A stretch of DNA of 41,977 nt from a virus (lineage: Duplodnaviria > Heunggongvirae > Uroviricota > Caudoviricetes), in IMG/VR virus record IMGVR_UViG_2563366853_000004, positions 1 through 41,977 of that record; one strand, 5' to 3'. Shown piece by piece: positions 39,685 through 41,977 of the stretch (position 1 is the first letter of the stretch; every line of letters begins with the position of its first letter). The position numbers and the translations under genes are program-made. A model generated the notes under the pieces. That model did not search any database, was not told the DNA's origin, and saw nothing but the letters and a program-made list of their open reading frames with translations.

Positions 39685-39711
39685 ACAAAAAAGCCCGTTG
39701 GAAGCGACGGG
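39685..39711 (-). terminator. Intrinsic terminator oriented against the tailspike gene
   Basis: GCCCGT-tggaagcg-ACGGGC followed by TTTTTTG on the minus strand. Confidence 0.5.
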
Positions 39712-39968
39712 CATTAACCGCGGTAATGGATAAATTATTAATGTTTTTAGATTGTGAACGATATCATATTGTGCGGAAGTAGTGAAGTAACCATGTAAAA
39801 TGATTGTTTCATAGCCTATGAGACACACAAGGCTTTGTGCTCTTCGATAGTTGTTAAGGCGGATCACTCTACATTCTCATCAAGCCAATCCGCCCACCAC
39901 TGCATCATTTCTCTGCGCTTATCGAGATACTGAGCATGGTTGTAAATTCAACTAACCAAGTCCGTTGA

Positions 39969-40011
39969 CAAAAAATTAGCGCAAGAGGACAAAAAATCAC
40001 CTTGCGCTAAT
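39969..40011 (-). terminator. sib/tI: int retroregulation hairpin and terminator
   Basis: Perfect 11-bp inverted repeat ATTAGCGCAAG / CTTGCGCTAAT with 15-nt loop, followed by TTTTTTG on the minus strand, directly outside the P arm of attR; matches lambda sib/tI as recalled. Confidence 0.75.
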
Positions 40012-40156
40012 GCTCTGCCTCAGGTCACTAATACTATCTAAGTAGTTGATTCATAGTGACTGGATATGTTGTGTTTTGTAGTATTATGCAGTCTATTATT
40101 TAGACTAAATCTTTCATAACATATTGATATTTACAGTGTTTTCTGTTTCTCGTTCA

Positions 40157-40171
40157 GCTTTTTTATACTAA
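40157..40171. repeat. attR common core GCTTTTTTATACTAA, preceded by the lambda P arm
   Basis: Exact core repeat; upstream sequence (…CAGGTCACTAATACTATCTAAGTAGTTGATTCATAGTGACTGGATATGTTGTGTTTT…) matches the lambda P arm; downstream CTTGAGCGAAACGGG is the host attB arm. Confidence 0.9.
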
Positions 40172-40261
40172 CTTGAGCGAAACGGGAAGGTAAAAAGACA
40201 AAAAGTTGTTTTTAATACCTTTAAGTGATACCAGATGGCATTGCGCCATCTGGCAGAGTGA

Positions 40262-40738
40262 TTAACTAAACATCGCAGTAATCGAGGCACTCGCCAGAGA
40301 GTGAAAATGAACGTTAAACCCGACCATCGCGCCGCTGGCACCTTCATCGACATCAATACGTTCTACATCCAGCGCGTGAACGGTAAAAATGTAGCGATGG
40401 GTTTCGCCTTTCGGCGGCGCTGCGCCATCGTACCCGGTTTTACCAAAGTCGGTACGCGTCTGCAAAACGCCGTCTGGCATAGCTACCAGACCAGAGCCAA
40501 ACCCTTGCGGTAATACGCGGGTATCAGCGGGTAAATTAACAACTACCCAGTGCCACCAGCCGGAGCCGGTTGGCGCATCCGGGTCATAGCAGGTGACAAC
40601 AAAACTTTTCGTTCCCGCAGGAACATCATCCCACGCCAGATGCGGTGAAATATTATCGCCATCGTAACCCATGCCGTTAAAGACATGACGATGCGGCAGC
40701 TTATCGCCATCGCGCAGATCGTTACTGATGAGTTTCAT
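40262..40738 (-). CDS. ybhB: YbhB (PEBP/RKIP-family protein), host gene flanking lambda attB
   Basis: 158-aa translation with a PEBP-like signature (…CYDPDAPTGSGWWHWVVVNLPA…); recalled as the gene to the right of attB. Confidence 0.85.
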   Translation of the reverse strand: MKLISNDLRDGDKLPHRHVFNGMGYDGDNISPHLAWDDVPAGTKSFVVTCYDPDAPTGSGWWHWVVVNLPADTRVLPQGFGSGLVAMPDGVLQTRTDFGKTGYDGAAPPKGETHRYIFTVHALDVERIDVDEGASGAMVGFNVHFHSLASASITAMFS

Positions 40739-40846
40739 TAGAATGCCTCCGGGAAACCTCGGCCTTCAGACCGGGGAGGAAAGGAGGCGGTTTTCCGACT
40801 AACTGTACTTTGCATAATCACATTTTCCTCTTTAGTATGTGAACAC

Positions 40847-41977
40847 ATGAAACGCGCATATAAATACCGGTTTTACCCGACAACTGAGCAGGCTGAGCTT
40901 TTAGCTCAGACGTTTGGCTGTGTGCGCTTCGTCTACAATTCCATCCTTCGTTGGCGTACCGATGCGTACTACGAGCGAAAAGAAAAGATCGGTTATCTAC
41001 AGGCCAACGCTCGCCTTACGGCGCTCAAAAAAGAGCCTGAATACATATGGCTGAATGATGTTTCCTGCGTTCCCCTCCAGCAGTCGTTGCGCCACCAACA
41101 AGCCGCCTTTGCTAACTTCTTTGCCGGACGAGCTGCATATCCGGCTTTCAAAAGCAAACGGCACAAACAGGTGGCTGAGTTCACTGCCAGCGCGTTTAAA
41201 CACCGTGACGGCGAGTTGTATATAGCAAAGAGCAAGTCGCCGCTGGATGTTCGCTGGAGTCGAGAATTACCATCTGCGCCGTCAACCGTTACCATTTCCA
41301 GAGATAGCGCTGGCAGGTACTTTGTTTCCTGCCTGTGTGAGTTTGAACCTGTATCAATGCCTGTTACCGCTAAAACGGTCGGCATTGATGTGGGCTTAAA
41401 AGATTTATTCGTCACCGATACCGGATTCAAAACCGACAATCCCCGCCACACCGCTAAATATGCGAAGCGATTAACGCTGCTACAGCGACGTTTAAGCAGG
41501 AAGCAAAAAGGCTCAAGAAACCGAATTAAAGCCCGCTTAAAGGTCGCCCGACTCCACGCGAAAATCGCCGATTGCCGGATGGACAATCTGCACAAGTTGT
41601 CCCGCAAACTGATTAACGAAAACCAAGTTGTTTGCGTCGAATCCCTCAAGGTGAAAAACATGATCCGCAACCCGAAGCTGTCTAAAGCAATAGCTGACGC
41701 AGGCTGGAGCGAACTTGTTCGCCAGCTCCAGTACAAAGGCAAATGGGCCGGGCGGTCAGTGGTCGCCATTGACCAGTATTTACCGTCCTCAAAATGCTGT
41801 AGTTGCTGCGGTTTCACCATGCAAAAAATGCCTCTTAATGTTCGTAAATGGCACTGCCCTGAATGCGGCGCAGACCATGATCGCGACATTAACGCGGCAC
41901 GTAATATTAAAGCTGCCGGGCTGGCAGTGTTAGCCCACGGAGAGCCTGTAAACCCTGAATCGCAGCACGCGGCTTAG
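40847..41977 (+). CDS. tnpB: TnpB (IS200/IS605-family OrfB; RuvC-like RNA-guided endonuclease)
   Basis: 376-aa ORF with N-terminal MKRAYKYRFYPT, RuvC-I-like GIDVGLKD, C-terminal zinc finger CCSCC…CPECG and RuvC-III-like DHDRDINAARNI; no tnpA nearby. Confidence 0.85.
   Translation: MKRAYKYRFYPTTEQAELLAQTFGCVRFVYNSILRWRTDAYYERKEKIGYLQANARLTALKKEPEYIWLNDVSCVPLQQSLRHQQAAFANFFAGRAAYPAFKSKRHKQVAEFTASAFKHRDGELYIAKSKSPLDVRWSRELPSAPSTVTISRDSAGRYFVSCLCEFEPVSMPVTAKTVGIDVGLKDLFVTDTGFKTDNPRHTAKYAKRLTLLQRRLSRKQKGSRNRIKARLKVARLHAKIADCRMDNLHKLSRKLINENQVVCVESLKVKNMIRNPKLSKAIADAGWSELVRQLQYKGKWAGRSVVAIDQYLPSSKCCSCCGFTMQKMPLNVRKWHCPECGADHDRDINAARNIKAAGLAVLAHGEPVNPESQHAA

Larger units (their letters stand above)
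1331..40171. mobile_element. Integrated mosaic lambdoid prophage (lambda-type int/att and regulation; P22/Sf6-type virion module)
   Basis: Bounded by identical 15-bp att cores; int-xis at the left end, tailspike at the right end; host genes ybhC and ybhB on either side. Confidence 0.9.

Noticed and set aside
39520-39867. 115-aa minus-strand ORF after the tailspike
   Set aside because: Very AT-rich, low-complexity hydrophobic translation with no SD, sitting between two minus-strand terminators; more likely non-coding.
35014-40156. neuO-type phase-variable acetyltransferase with heptanucleotide repeats (expected in K1-specific P22-like prophages)
   Set aside because: No tandem heptamer repeats and no hexapeptide-repeat acetyltransferase ORF are present near the tailspike.
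40231-40253. 9-bp stem hairpin (CCAGATGGC-attgc-GCCATCTGG) between attR and ybhB, considered as a terminator
   Set aside because: No U-tract on either strand; probably host intergenic structure rather than a terminator or phage feature.
1-41977. CRISPR arrays or tRNA genes
   Set aside because: No regularly spaced direct repeats with unique spacers and no tRNA-like cloverleaf candidates were seen; the only regular repeats are the ori iterons and the att cores.

Overview
This window is an E. coli-type chromosomal segment carrying a complete-looking ~38.8 kb mosaic prophage inserted at the lambda attB site, between ybhC (1..1284, minus) and ybhB (40262..40738, minus). The prophage runs from the attL core (1331..1345) to the attR core (40157..40171), both the 15-bp lambda core GCTTTTTTATACTAA. 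A TnpB-only IS200/IS605-type element follows ybhB (40847..41977). The prophage has a lambda backbone for integration and regulation: int, xis, pI, sib/tI, N with nutL/nutR, cIII, kil, cII with pRE, ninB/D/F/H, Q with pR'-6S-tR', and S/R/Rz/Rz1. Three early modules are not lambda's: a chimeric cI (new N-terminal DNA-binding domain on a lambda C-terminal domain) with a non-lambda cro and no rexAB; an O-like initiator with four internal iterons plus a Toprim-DnaB primase-helicase instead of lambda P; and RecT with a Gp157-like protein instead of exo/bet/gam. The late region is P22/Sf6-like (TerS, TerL, portal, scaffold, coat, gp4, gp10, tail needle, ejection proteins) and ends in a tailspike whose catalytic part looks like a K1-capsule endosialidase with a C-terminal self-cleaving chaperone domain. 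The best candidates for undescribed biology are three accessory loci: an AT-rich moron cluster between the ejection-protein genes and an orphaned mnt repressor (35014..36112), an unrecognised 207-aa gene directly downstream of N (9632..10255), and a left-arm block of Zn-ribbon, DUF551-ASCH and tandem peptide ORFs (2791..5452). All protein identifications are from memory of family sequences and motifs read in the translations; no database search was possible.
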